A stretch of DNA of 58,555 nt from Acidobacteriota bacterium. GTDB lineage: Bacteria; Acidobacteriota; UBA6911; RPQK01; JADFOI01. The notes beneath the pieces are model-generated. The model ran no database searches. It was not told the DNA's origin and saw nothing but the letters and a program-made list of their open reading frames with translations. This document shows, piece after piece, positions 48,278 to 58,555 of the stretch. Position numbers and translations under genes: made by a program. Within the stretch, counting starts at the first letter, position 1. Every line of letters starts with the position of its first letter. Location: positions 1 through 58,555 of the forward strand of contig JADFOI010000003.1 in NCBI GenBank assembly GCA_022562935.1, read 5' to 3'.

Positions 48278-49201
48278 GTGGCGGATTTTCCCAGTTGCTA
48301 CGATCCTGATCGTATAGGCACTCTCTTCTACCCGGATGTAGCGGCCCTGGCCCAGGAGGCAGCTCGAGCCGGGTTGCCTCCCGCCTCCCAGGATCAACAG
48401 CGAATTCAGCTGTTGATCATTGACATGCAGGTGGACTTTTGCCACCCCCAGGGCACCCTTTATGTACCCGGTGCCCTACAGGATATCCGGCGCCTGGTCG
48501 AATTTATCTATCGAAATGCCGGGCGCATCAGCAGCATCACTTGTTCTTTGGACTCTCACCTGCCCCACCAGATTTTTCATCCAGCCTGGTGGGCCGATCC
48601 AGAGGGTCATCACCCCGCTCCTTTTACCCTCATCACCCAGGAGGATCTCAGGCAAGGAAAGTGGCGTCCCTTGCTCGAGCCTGAGTGGTCTACAGCTTAT
48701 GTCCGAAAGCTCGAGGAAGGTGCCAAGAAACAGCTCACGATCTGGCCTTACCATGTCCCCATTGGAGGTATCGGCAATGCCCTGGATCCCGAGTTATGGT
48801 CGGCCGTGTTCTGGCATTCCATAGCCCGCAAGAGTCAGCCCACCTGGTGGAGGAAGGGAAGTATTCCCAAAACGGAACATTACTCGATCGTTCAGCCAGA
48901 GATCCCCGTTGCGGAGGTTCCTGAGGGGGGGAGAGGCTCTTTTCTGGAGGACCTGGAGAAGGATGACGTCATCATCATTGCCGGCGAGGCGGCAAGCCAC
49001 TGTGTTCTGGAAACCCTTGAAGATCTGGTGGATGAGTTTGCCGACAAGCCAGAGACGCTGGACAAAATCTTCATCCTTCGGGACTGTACTTCACCGGTTC
49101 AGCATCCGGATATCGATTTTGCCGCCCTGACGAAGACAAGGTTCTCCGCCTTCGAAAAACAGGGGATTCATTTCATCCTCAGTACCGATCCGCTGCCCTG
49201 A
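48278..49201 (+). CDS. Cysteine hydrolase, nicotinamidase/isochorismatase-like (long form)
   Basis: LLIIDMQVDF (Asp), DSH, IWPYH, RKG (Lys), AGEAASHCV (Cys). Confidence 0.82.
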   Translation: MADFPSCYDPDRIGTLFYPDVAALAQEAARAGLPPASQDQQRIQLLIIDMQVDFCHPQGTLYVPGALQDIRRLVEFIYRNAGRISSITCSLDSHLPHQIFHPAWWADPEGHHPAPFTLITQEDLRQGKWRPLLEPEWSTAYVRKLEEGAKKQLTIWPYHVPIGGIGNALDPELWSAVFWHSIARKSQPTWWRKGSIPKTEHYSIVQPEIPVAEVPEGGRGSFLEDLEKDDVIIIAGEAASHCVLETLEDLVDEFADKPETLDKIFILRDCTSPVQHPDIDFAALTKTRFSAFEKQGIHFILSTDPLP

Positions 49202-49363
49202 GCGCGCTTCGCGCGCGTTCGATCTTTGTAGGGGTCAGCCACCAAACTCCCCCACCCCGAGGCACCTCCGGAATGTGGGAGGCACCTCAGGTGCCGAACG
49301 GCCCTGAGGCCGCTCCCCCATCTTCCCAATCAGGCGATCTTCTGTCAGCTGTCAGTTGTCAGT
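49202..49363. repeat. Repeat cluster between convergent genes
   Basis: GCGCGCTTCGCGCGC, REP-like 49275-49297, CTGTCAG/TTGTCAG heptamers. Confidence 0.8.
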
Positions 49364-49371
49364 TCCTCATG

Positions 49372-52300
49372 TTACCGATAACCCAGAATCGGCGACAACC
49401 CCTCCTCAGCTTTCTCCACATCGATTCCTCTTCGGCGGGCATAGTCCTTGACCTGGTCCCGGTCGATTTGCCCCACTCCAAAATAGCGAGACTCAGGATG
49501 GGAGAAGTAAAAACCGCACACCGAAGCCGCTGGGAGCATGGCAAAACCGTCGGTCAGGCAGACGGGCAAATGTTTCTGGCCTCCCAACAGCTCAAAGAGC
49601 TCAGATTTCAGGCTGTGATCCGGGCAGGCGGGATAGCCAGGGGCCGGCCGAATGCCCTGATATCGTTCCTGAATGAGTTCCTGGTTTTCCAGACTCTCCT
49701 CAGACGCGTATCCCCAGAACTCCTTGCGAACCCTCTGGTGCAGCCTCTCGGCAAAGGCTTCGGCCAGGCGATCTGCCAGTGCCTTGACCAGGATGCTTTG
49801 ATAGACATCCTGATCCTGCTCAAAGGCCGTCACCACTTCTTGAATGCCCATTCCGGCGGTGAGGACAAAGGCTCCAATGTAATCCTTCACACCTGTTTCC
49901 TTGGGTGCGATGAAGTCACTCAGGCAGCGGTTGGGACGGCCCGGTTGTTGTTGGATCTGTTGCCTGAGGTTGTAAAGGGTGATCAGGACTTTTGACCGGG
50001 ATTCATCGCTGTAGACTTCAATGTCGTCATCTCCCACACTGTTGGCGGGAAAGAGTCCAAGCACCGCACCGGCTTCCAGCAGCTCTTCATCCACAATGCG
50101 CTGGAGCAGAAGCTGGGCATTCTGATGGAGTTCTCTGGCCTCCTCACCGACCTTTTTATCTTCCAGAATCTGGGGGAACCGTCCGGGCAGCTCCCAAACC
50201 TGAAAAAAGGGCGTCCAGTCGATGTGCCTTATCAGCTCTTTCAGGGGATAGTGATTCAAGGCCCGGATTCCCGGAAACTGAGGTATGGGCGGGCTGTAAC
50301 TCTCCCATTCAATCCGTACCCTGTTTTTGCGTGACTCCTGAAGAGAGTGGAATCGGATCTGCTTTCTTTTGGCTTCGTGCTTTTCGCGAATTTGCTGGTA
50401 GCGCACGCGCACTTCTTCTGTGTAGGAATCCTTTTGATCGCTGAGCAGGCTGGAGACTACCGACACCCCACGGGAGGCATCAGGGACATAGATCACCGGA
50501 CTGCTGTAATGGGGTGCGATCTTGACGGCCGTGTGAACCTGAGAGGTCGTGGCCCCTCCGATCAGCAGGGGAATATTCAACCCTTCCCGTTTCATTTCCG
50601 AAGCAACATGAGCCATCTGATCCAGTGAGGGAGTAATCAGGCCACTGAGTCCGATCATGTCGACCTGCTTTTCTCGAGCGGTCTCCAGAATACGTTTGGC
50701 AGGCACCATCACTCCCAGATCAATCACTTCATAGTTGTTGCACTCCAACACCACACCGACGATATTTTTGCCGATGTCGTGCACGTCTCCCTTGACCGTG
50801 GCCATCAGGATCTTTCCCTTGAAGTGGGTCTCTCCCGCCTGGGTCTTTTCCTGCTCAATGAAGGGAAGCAGATAGGCCACTGCCTTCTTCATCACCCGGG
50901 CACTTTTCACCACCTGGGGAAGAAACATTTTGCCCGCTCCGAACAAGTCTCCCACCACGTTCATGCCATCCATCAGGGGACCCTCAATCACTTGAATCGG
51001 ACGTGAGTACTCTTGACGGGCCTCCTCCGTATCTTCCTCGATGTACTCGCTCAATCCTTTCACCAGTGCATGGGAAAGGCGCTCCTGGACCGGCTTTTCA
51101 CGCCAGGAGAGATCCGCTTTCACACTCTTGGACTGTCTGACCTGAGACTCTGCGATCTCCAGCAGCCGTTCGGTGGCATCAGGGCGGCGGTTGAGAATGA
51201 CATCCTCCACCCGCTCCCGTAAATCTGTCGGGATCTCTTCATACACCGCCAGCTGGGTAGGGTTGACGATGCCCATATCCATCCCTGCCCGAATGGCGTG
51301 GTACAGAAAAACGGAATGCATGGCCTCGCGAACCACGTCGTTGCCACGAAAGGAGAAGGAAACGTTACTGACGCCTCCGCTCACCTTCACATGAGGCAGC
51401 CGTTTCTTGATCTCCCGTGTGGCTTCGATAAAGTCGACAGCGTAGTTGTTGTGCTCCTCGATTCCCGTGGCCACGGCGAAGATATTGGGATCGAAGATGA
51501 TGTCCTGGGGTGCAAAGCCCACCTCTTGGGTCAGGATCTGGTAGGCACGAGTACAGATTTCGACCTTGCGCTCCCGAGTGTCGGCCTGGCCTTTCTCGTC
51601 AAAAGCCATCACGATGACAGCTGCCCCATAGCCCCGAGCCTTCCGTGCCTGCCGGACGAATTCTTCTTCCCCCTCCTTGAGACTGATCGAATTGACCACC
51701 GGCTTTCCTTGCAGGCACTTGAGACCCGCTTCGATCACCTTCCAGTTGGAGGAATCCACCAGGATCGGAACTCGGCTGATATCCGGTTCCGTTGCCACCA
51801 GATTCAGAAACTGGGTCATGGCCTGAGCACTCTCCAGCATTCCCTCGTCCATGTTGATGTCGATGAGCTGGGCGCCGTTTTGAACCTGCTGGAGGGCCAC
51901 TTCCAGGCCCCGCTCAAAATCGCCCTCCAGGATGATCTTGGCAAAGCGCCGGGAACCGGTGACATTGGTCCGTTCTCCGATATTGACAAAGAGGGTATCG
52001 GGGCCGATGTTCAGGGGTTCCAGACCGCTGAGACGGCACCGCGACTCGATCTCAGGGACGGGCCGCGGGGGGAGGTTGTCCACGGCCTCGGCAATGGCCT
52101 TGATGTACTCCGGTGTGGTCCCACAGCATCCGCCCACCAGGTTCAAGAATCCGCTTTGGGCAAACTCCTTCAGCAGATCGGCCATTTCCCCAGGTGTTTG
52201 ATCATATTCACCGAACTCGTTGGGGAGTCCCGCGTTGGGATAAGCGCAAATATAGGTGTCAGCCAGTTGAGACAGTTCTTCAATATGGGGTCGCAGATCC

Positions 52301-53061
52301 TCCGCACCCAGGGCACAGTTAAAGCCGATACTGAGCGGGCGAGCGTGGGCCACCGAGTTCCAGAAGGCTTCAGGGGTTTGACCCGAGAGGGTCCTTCCGC
52401 TGGCGTCGGTAATGGTGCCTGAGATCATCAGGGGCAGTCGAAGATCGTGGTCCTGGAAAAACTCCTCGATGGCAAAAAGCGCGGCCTTGGCGTTGAGCGT
52501 ATCAAAGATGGTCTCCACCAGAAGGATGTCCACTCCACCCTCGATGAGACCTCGGACCGCCGTTGTGTAGGCCTGCACCAATTCGTCGAAGGTGATGTTG
52601 CGGAGTCCAGGATCCTCCACACTGGGAGACAGAGAGGCCGTTCGGTTGGTCGGACCTATGGCCCCGGCTACGAAGCGTGGTTTGTTGTTTTCCTGCGCCC
52701 TGTATTCATCTCTGACTTTGCAAGCCAGCTCGGCTGAAGCAAAGTTCAACTCGAAGGCCAGATCCTCCAATTGGTAGTCGCCCAGGGCCACCGAGGTGGA
52801 GTTGAAGCTGTTGGTCTCAATGATGTCGGCACCCGCCTCCAGATAAGCATGGTGAATGGACTGAATAATCTCCGGCTGAGTCAAAGACAAAAGATCATTG
52901 TTGCCCTGAAGGCTGCAGCCGTGATCGGCAAAACGCTGGCCTCGAAAATCCTCCTCCTGGAGCTTGTGGGACTGGATCATGGTCCCCATGGCACCGTCCA
53001 GCACCAGGATGCGCTCCTCCAGCAGTCGGATCAGTTCTTCTTGTCGATTCTCTTGAGCCAT
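49372..53061 (-). CDS. metH: Cobalamin-dependent methionine synthase
   Basis: [38 protein letters not shown] (DxHxxG), [15 protein letters not shown] 53061; GTG 53070 is an alternative start. Confidence 0.98.
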   Translation of the reverse strand: MAQENRQEELIRLLEERILVLDGAMGTMIQSHKLQEEDFRGQRFADHGCSLQGNNDLLSLTQPEIIQSIHHAYLEAGADIIETNSFNSTSVALGDYQLEDLAFELNFASAELACKVRDEYRAQENNKPRFVAGAIGPTNRTASLSPSVEDPGLRNITFDELVQAYTTAVRGLIEGGVDILLVETIFDTLNAKAALFAIEEFFQDHDLRLPLMISGTITDASGRTLSGQTPEAFWNSVAHARPLSIGFNCALGAEDLRPHIEELSQLADTYICAYPNAGLPNEFGEYDQTPGEMADLLKEFAQSGFLNLVGGCCGTTPEYIKAIAEAVDNLPPRPVPEIESRCRLSGLEPLNIGPDTLFVNIGERTNVTGSRRFAKIILEGDFERGLEVALQQVQNGAQLIDINMDEGMLESAQAMTQFLNLVATEPDISRVPILVDSSNWKVIEAGLKCLQGKPVVNSISLKEGEEEFVRQARKARGYGAAVIVMAFDEKGQADTRERKVEICTRAYQILTQEVGFAPQDIIFDPNIFAVATGIEEHNNYAVDFIEATREIKKRLPHVKVSGGVSNVSFSFRGNDVVREAMHSVFLYHAIRAGMDMGIVNPTQLAVYEEIPTDLRERVEDVILNRRPDATERLLEIAESQVRQSKSVKADLSWREKPVQERLSHALVKGLSEYIEEDTEEARQEYSRPIQVIEGPLMDGMNVVGDLFGAGKMFLPQVVKSARVMKKAVAYLLPFIEQEKTQAGETHFKGKILMATVKGDVHDIGKNIVGVVLECNNYEVIDLGVMVPAKRILETAREKQVDMIGLSGLITPSLDQMAHVASEMKREGLNIPLLIGGATTSQVHTAVKIAPHYSSPVIYVPDASRGVSVVSSLLSDQKDSYTEEVRVRYQQIREKHEAKRKQIRFHSLQESRKNRVRIEWESYSPPIPQFPGIRALNHYPLKELIRHIDWTPFFQVWELPGRFPQILEDKKVGEEARELHQNAQLLLQRIVDEELLEAGAVLGLFPANSVGDDDIEVYSDESRSKVLITLYNLRQQIQQQPGRPNRCLSDFIAPKETGVKDYIGAFVLTAGMGIQEVVTAFEQDQDVYQSILVKALADRLAEAFAERLHQRVRKEFWGYASEESLENQELIQERYQGIRPAPGYPACPDHSLKSELFELLGGQKHLPVCLTDGFAMLPAASVCGFYFSHPESRYFGVGQIDRDQVKDYARRRGIDVEKAEEGLSPILGYR

Positions 53062-53176
53062 GATCTTCACTTCTTCCCGGTCAACTCATCCGGGATGGAA
53101 AGATAATTCTACCAAGATCTGGTTTCGGAAGTCCGAGGAAGCCATCCCGGTAGGCCTATGGAGAAGTTTGTTTTAA

Positions 53177-54223
53177 TTATTGATCCGAACATACAGAACG
53201 CTGCTCGTGATCAGTGTTCGCCTCTAACTGTCCGCAGGCCGCGCTGATGTCCAGGCCACGGCTCTTGCGCACGCTGACATTGATGCCCGCCCGCCGCAAC
53301 TCTTGTGCGAACCGGGCGATGTTCCGGGGCGGCGACGGTTCAAGGTCGTGACCTCCGGGATGCAGAGGTAATAGGTTCACGAGAGCGTACAGTCGAGAAG
53401 CCAGGTCGACCAAGGCGGCGGCATCTTCCTTCCTGTCGTTGACCTCTTGAATCATCACGTACTCCAGGGTAACGCGTCGGGCGAATCCAGAGAGAACCGC
53501 CTGAAGGTCAGGCAAGGGGTATCGGCGCTCCACGGGGACCAGAGCCGCACGGCGCTCGGAGATGGCGGAGTGGAGTGACACGGCTAGGCGGAATTGCTCC
53601 GGCCTGGCTGCGAGCTGTTTCAGCCCGGGGATCAGGCCCACTGTGCTGACGGTGATGTGGCGCGCGCCAATGCGGAAGCCGTTGGGATCGTTCAGGATCG
53701 TGAGAGTGGTATCAACGGCGTCCCAGTTGTGCAGAGGTTCCCCCATCCCCATGAAGACAACATTGGAGGGTTTGCCAAACTTCGGGTCGAGCATCATCTC
53801 TCGCACTTGAGACGCGATTTCCCAGCAAGCCAGATGACGTTGAAAGCCCATTCGTCCTGTGGCACAAAAGACGCAGCCGTATGCGCAGCCCGCTTGGGAA
53901 GAAATGCAAAGCGTTGTTCGGCTTCCTTCTGGAATCCAAACCGATTCCACCGCCAGCCCATCGGAAAGCTTCCAAAGCATTTTGACCGTGCCGTCGTTCG
54001 AGACTTGCCGCTGGGTGCACTCGAGGCGTGGAAGCGGTGCCTCCTGGTCTAACGACTCACGCAATTCCAAGGGTAACTCTGTGGCCTCCCCCCAATTCAC
54101 AACGGGACGCTGCCACAGGCGGGGCAAGATTTGGCGTAGGCGGAATCGCGGTTCGTTGCGAGCGGCCAGCCATTCCGTCAAATACCGCTCAGCTTCTGGC
54201 GGCACGAGATTGAGAAGGTTCAT
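53177..54223 (-). CDS. rlmN: Dual-specificity 23S rRNA/tRNA methyltransferase (radical SAM)
   Basis: CISSQAGCAYGCVFCATG, FMGMGEP, ITVST, AACGQL. Confidence 0.95.
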   Translation of the reverse strand: MNLLNLVPPEAERYLTEWLAARNEPRFRLRQILPRLWQRPVVNWGEATELPLELRESLDQEAPLPRLECTQRQVSNDGTVKMLWKLSDGLAVESVWIPEGSRTTLCISSQAGCAYGCVFCATGRMGFQRHLACWEIASQVREMMLDPKFGKPSNVVFMGMGEPLHNWDAVDTTLTILNDPNGFRIGARHITVSTVGLIPGLKQLAARPEQFRLAVSLHSAISERRAALVPVERRYPLPDLQAVLSGFARRVTLEYVMIQEVNDRKEDAAALVDLASRLYALVNLLPLHPGGHDLEPSPPRNIARFAQELRRAGINVSVRKSRGLDISAACGQLEANTDHEQRSVCSDQ

Positions 54224-54317
54224 GGGCGTTCATTTTGGCTGATCGACAGTTCATTTGACAAGGCCTCAGCCGTAAACAAGGTGAAACAAAGCAGTCCTGT
54301 TGTGTCCTCGAGGGCTG

Positions 54318-54326
54318 TGGTATGAT
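54318..54326 (+). promoter_or_regulatory. Extended -10 element upstream of tRNA-Gly
   Basis: TG-G-TATGAT about 40 nt before the tRNA; no convincing -35. Confidence 0.45.
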
Positions 54327-54365
54327 GCTGGCTGCATTAATGACAATCTCCAAGTGTCAATCAGA

Positions 54366-55722
<1,357 letters not shown>

Positions 55723-56112
55723 ATCTAACTCATTATTAATCAATTATTTAAGTTCATTTAACCAGGGTGTCGTAAAAGGACAAATAGGGCCAGGGTGCGG
55801 ATAGGGTGCGGATTTGGGTGGTGAAAATTAGGTGTATTTGGGTGGGGTAGGGAACTCTTCAATCGAGGTTTCAGTATCCAGGGCCCTCCTTGTGTGGTAT
55901 CATGGGATCCTCCACTTCAGTCACCGGGTCTTCTGAACTGGGCCCGGAAGAAATCAAGACCCCATCAAAACAGGACTCTGAATTCGCTTAGAGAAGGCGT
56001 CTAGGGATTGGAAGACGTTCACCCGTTCCCAGTTTCCCCGGCCAAATAGTCGAGAGTCCGCTGGATTCGAGCATCAGAGGTGCGCGAATCCATCAGGTAA
56101 GGAGCAATTGAA

Positions 56113-57342
56113 TTGAGTTTTACACAGTTTTCGTTTGATCCCCGGATAGCCGACGCCATCAGGCAGATCGGCTATACCGTTCCCACTCCCATCCAGCAGA
56201 GGGGCATTCCCGTTGTGTTGGAGGGACGCGACATGCTGGGGTTGGCCCAGACCGGCACCGGAAAGACGGCATCCTTCCTCCTTCCCTTGCTGCAACGCTT
56301 GATGCTAGGCCGCAAGGGGCGGATTCGGGCTCTCATCCTGGCTCCCACCCGGGAGCTCGCCGAACAGATTCACCAGACCGCTGTTGATCTAGGCAAAGGT
56401 TCTGGAGTCCGCAGCATCTCGATTTATGGGGGTGTTGGAAAGCACGCCCAGGTGGGGGCTCTTCGGCGGGGTGCTGAGATCGTGGTCGCCTGTCCGGGAC
56501 GACTACTCGACCATATATCCGGGGGAAGCATCAATCTCTCGGGAGTCGAGATGCTGGTTCTGGACGAGGCGGACCGGATGTGCGACATGGGATTCCTTCC
56601 GGACATCCGGCGAATTCTCAAATACCTTCCCGGAACCCGCCAGACTCTGTTTTTCTCCGCCACCATGCCGGCCGAAATACGAAGACTGGCGGATGGAATG
56701 CTCCGCGACCCGGTGTTCGTACAGATCGAGGCGGGTGTGCCCGCCAAGACCGTTTCCCACACCTTCTATCTGGCCTCCCACGATCGCAAGTACCAGCTAT
56801 TGCTGAGGCTTCTCCAGACGACAGATACCGGTAGGGTGCTCATCTTCACCCGTACCAAGCGGCGTACCCGGAAGCTGGCTGCCGAGTTGAAGAACCAGGG
56901 GTACCGGGTCGCGGGACTCCAGGGCAACATGGTCCAATCGCAGCGCCGGCGGGCCATTGACGGATTTCGCAACGGCCAATACGACATTTTGGTGGCCACG
57001 GACGTAGCGGCCCGGGGCATCGACGTGTCGGAGATCTCACACGTGATCAACTTCGACATGCCGGAATCCGTCGATGCCTATACCCATCGCATCGGCCGCA
57101 CCGGCCGCGCCGAGCGAACTGGCGAGGCCTTCACCTTTGTGACCCATACCGACAGGCCCATGGTGCGCAAGATCGAGGGGGTGCTGAAAAAAGCGGTCGA
57201 GCGCCGGACTTTTCCGGATGTTTTGCGGAACCCGACGAGTTCTGGGGACACACCCGGCCAGGGTCGTTCACGACGGGGCCGTCCTCAGAGTAACTCCAGG
57301 AGAACTCGCGGTAGGCGTCGTGCAGGAAGGTCTCCGCAGTAA
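56113..57342 (+). CDS. DEAD-box RNA helicase (RhlE-like)
   Basis: AAGGAG RBS, TTG start; PTPIQ, AQTGTGKT, APTRELA, LDEADRM, SAT, TDVAARGID, HRIGRTGRA; basic tail. Confidence 0.96.
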   Translation: MSFTQFSFDPRIADAIRQIGYTVPTPIQQRGIPVVLEGRDMLGLAQTGTGKTASFLLPLLQRLMLGRKGRIRALILAPTRELAEQIHQTAVDLGKGSGVRSISIYGGVGKHAQVGALRRGAEIVVACPGRLLDHISGGSINLSGVEMLVLDEADRMCDMGFLPDIRRILKYLPGTRQTLFFSATMPAEIRRLADGMLRDPVFVQIEAGVPAKTVSHTFYLASHDRKYQLLLRLLQTTDTGRVLIFTRTKRRTRKLAAELKNQGYRVAGLQGNMVQSQRRRAIDGFRNGQYDILVATDVAARGIDVSEISHVINFDMPESVDAYTHRIGRTGRAERTGEAFTFVTHTDRPMVRKIEGVLKKAVERRTFPDVLRNPTSSGDTPGQGRSRRGRPQSNSRRTRGRRRAGRSPQ

Positions 57343-57655
57343 TTGCATGGGTAATCAGAGGCCAGTGTTTTGGTTACACCCGTAAACTTAACCCACCCAT
57401 TGGAACGAGGTGGGGATGAGGGAGTTAATGGGGAAGCTTTTTAGACAAGCAGGTGAAGATGCGGACAGAAGTCTCTAATCCGTCTAATCCATAATGTAAC
57501 CCTGGCCCCACTGTCAGTTCTGACAGTTGTCAAACCAGCACGACATCAATAGTCTTCACCGTATGCCGTCAACCTTGTTTCGATAGGGAAATGGGTCGAT
57601 CGTCAGGGTAACCCGTGTCCTGATGTCCGTGTTTTGAGGGAAGGAGCATTCTAGG

Positions 57656-57997
57656 ATGAGAACAAGATTACTCGCTGTGGGGCTTCTATCCTTTGGACTT
57701 GCGGCCTGTGGTGGGGCGACCCGGTTTGCCAGTACCTGGGTCGATCCCGCGGCTCGGCCCACTAACTGGGACGGCCAGAAGGTTGCGGCTTTTGTTTTGA
57801 GTGCTCGGGACTCCATCAGGCTGGGAGCCGAGGAGTCGCTGGCGCGGGAATTGACCAGCCGGGGAGCACAAGGGATCGCCGGGCACACCATCGTGCCCAA
57901 GGAAGTGACTGAAGATCAGGATAAGGTCAGGGAACTCCTGAGGGAGGGAGAGTTCGGGGACAGGCCCACAATGCAAAGGTTAAACCCCTACGGATAA
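57656..57997 (+). pseudogene. Lipoprotein gene, probably 3'-truncated
   Basis: AGGAG upstream; lipobox LAAC. The sequence character changes abruptly after ...DKVRELLR near 57945. Confidence 0.55.
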
Positions 57998-58205
57998 AAC
58001 CTATTTTCTCGGGCTGGCACGGAATGAGTTTCGACAGGTAAATAAAGGGGACAGTGTCTTTAGTAGGTAGTTGACTGCAGTTGGCAAAAGCTTGCTCGAT
58101 CCGTGGTATCGATCCTTGGTGCGCACTGCTTGGCAAAAGCTGCTGTTGTGGCTGTTAAGACCACACCTGGTCCTGTTTAGGTCTGTTTATGGTCGGGTAT
58201 AGGGG

Positions 58206-58397
58206 CTATTGCTGGCCTGTTTGGGGCAGTTCGATAGGGTCTGATTCATCCAGTGACGGCAGCTTGTTTACGGCCTGCCTGTTTGCACCTGGTACCAAGT
58301 GGCCGTAGGTGTCCACTGTCATGCGTATGCTGCTGTGGCCCAACTGATCCTTGACATAGGCCAAGCTTTCACCATTTTGCAGCAAAAGGGTGGCAAA
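58206..58397 (-). pseudogene. C-terminal fragment of a tyrosine recombinase/phage integrase
   Basis: Manual translation FATLLLQNGESLAYVKDQLGHSSIRMTVDTYGHLVPGANRQAVNKL...*: box II LGH and the catalytic Tyr. Cut at the repeat starting 58401. Confidence 0.9.
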
Positions 58398-58400
58398 GTT

Positions 58401-58555
58401 GACCTGCCCCCACGAACGAGTCCACCTTCTAAGTTAGACCTGGAACCATTGACAGTTGACCTGCCCCGGGAAACTGTACCAAGCATCGGGTTAGGATTTT
58501 CAGGTTGGGACGGGTTGTTTGCTCGCTGAGGGACTCGAACCCCCGACCCCCTGGA
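58401..58555. repeat. ~150-bp direct repeat, copy 2; last 36 nt equal the 3' part of tRNA-Val(TAC), cut by the window edge
   Basis: 58520-58555 is identical to 6371-6406. Confidence 0.95.

Noticed and set aside
53062-53176. SAM or cobalamin riboswitch upstream of metH
   Set aside because: The gap is only about 115 nt. It has a CCGGGATGG/CCATCCCGG inverted repeat but none of the conserved riboswitch cores I can recognise.
58190-58200. TGGTCGGGTAT as the 3' end of another tRNA (att remnant) next to the integrase stop
   Set aside because: Only about 11 nt with no T-arm, so it cannot be distinguished from chance.
58299-58529. 76-aa plus-strand ORF
   Set aside because: It is the antisense shadow of the integrase fragment plus the repeat.
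58401-58555. Right-hand repeat as a simple assembly duplicate of the left copy
   Set aside because: The copies differ by several substitutions and a 7-nt indel. A strain mosaic cannot be excluded without reads.

Overview
The window is about 48 kb of core chromosome (6.6-54.4 kb) between two tRNA-anchored accessory regions. The yicC-gmk-rpoZ-coaBC-era-UDG-priA order suggests Acidobacteriota; this is an inference. Core genes cover an ECF sigma/anti-sigma pair, sugar-phosphate and surface-polysaccharide genes, dapF-like/lysA, icd-mdh, tsaD, mtnA, the kds/pyrG cluster, metH and rlmN. The left region (1-6.4 kb) lies downstream of a split tRNA-Val(TAC) locus: a promoter-bearing 5' half, then a different complete tRNA-Val. 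It carries two Tat-type enzymes and small membrane proteins. The right region follows tRNA-Gly(CCC) and holds a 1,257-bp integrase-less cassette (orphan TctC/Bug), a DEAD-box helicase, an integrase remnant and a diverged ~150-bp copy of the left tRNA-Val flank. The most striking unexplained signal is that many core intergenic spacers are built from GC hairpins followed by period-7 tandem arrays in a conserved order. These arrays spill into gene 3' ends and were not seen in the islands. Unusual proteins include a JAB-GTPase-DUF697 fusion, a bacilliredoxin-rhodanese fusion, a DapF with Ser at both catalytic Cys positions, a PrdB/GrdB homologue with ExxS for UxxC, and an M16 protein lacking HxxEH. 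No CRISPR array, intact transposase or intact integrase was seen. Family assignments come from motif recognition by eye, not database searches.
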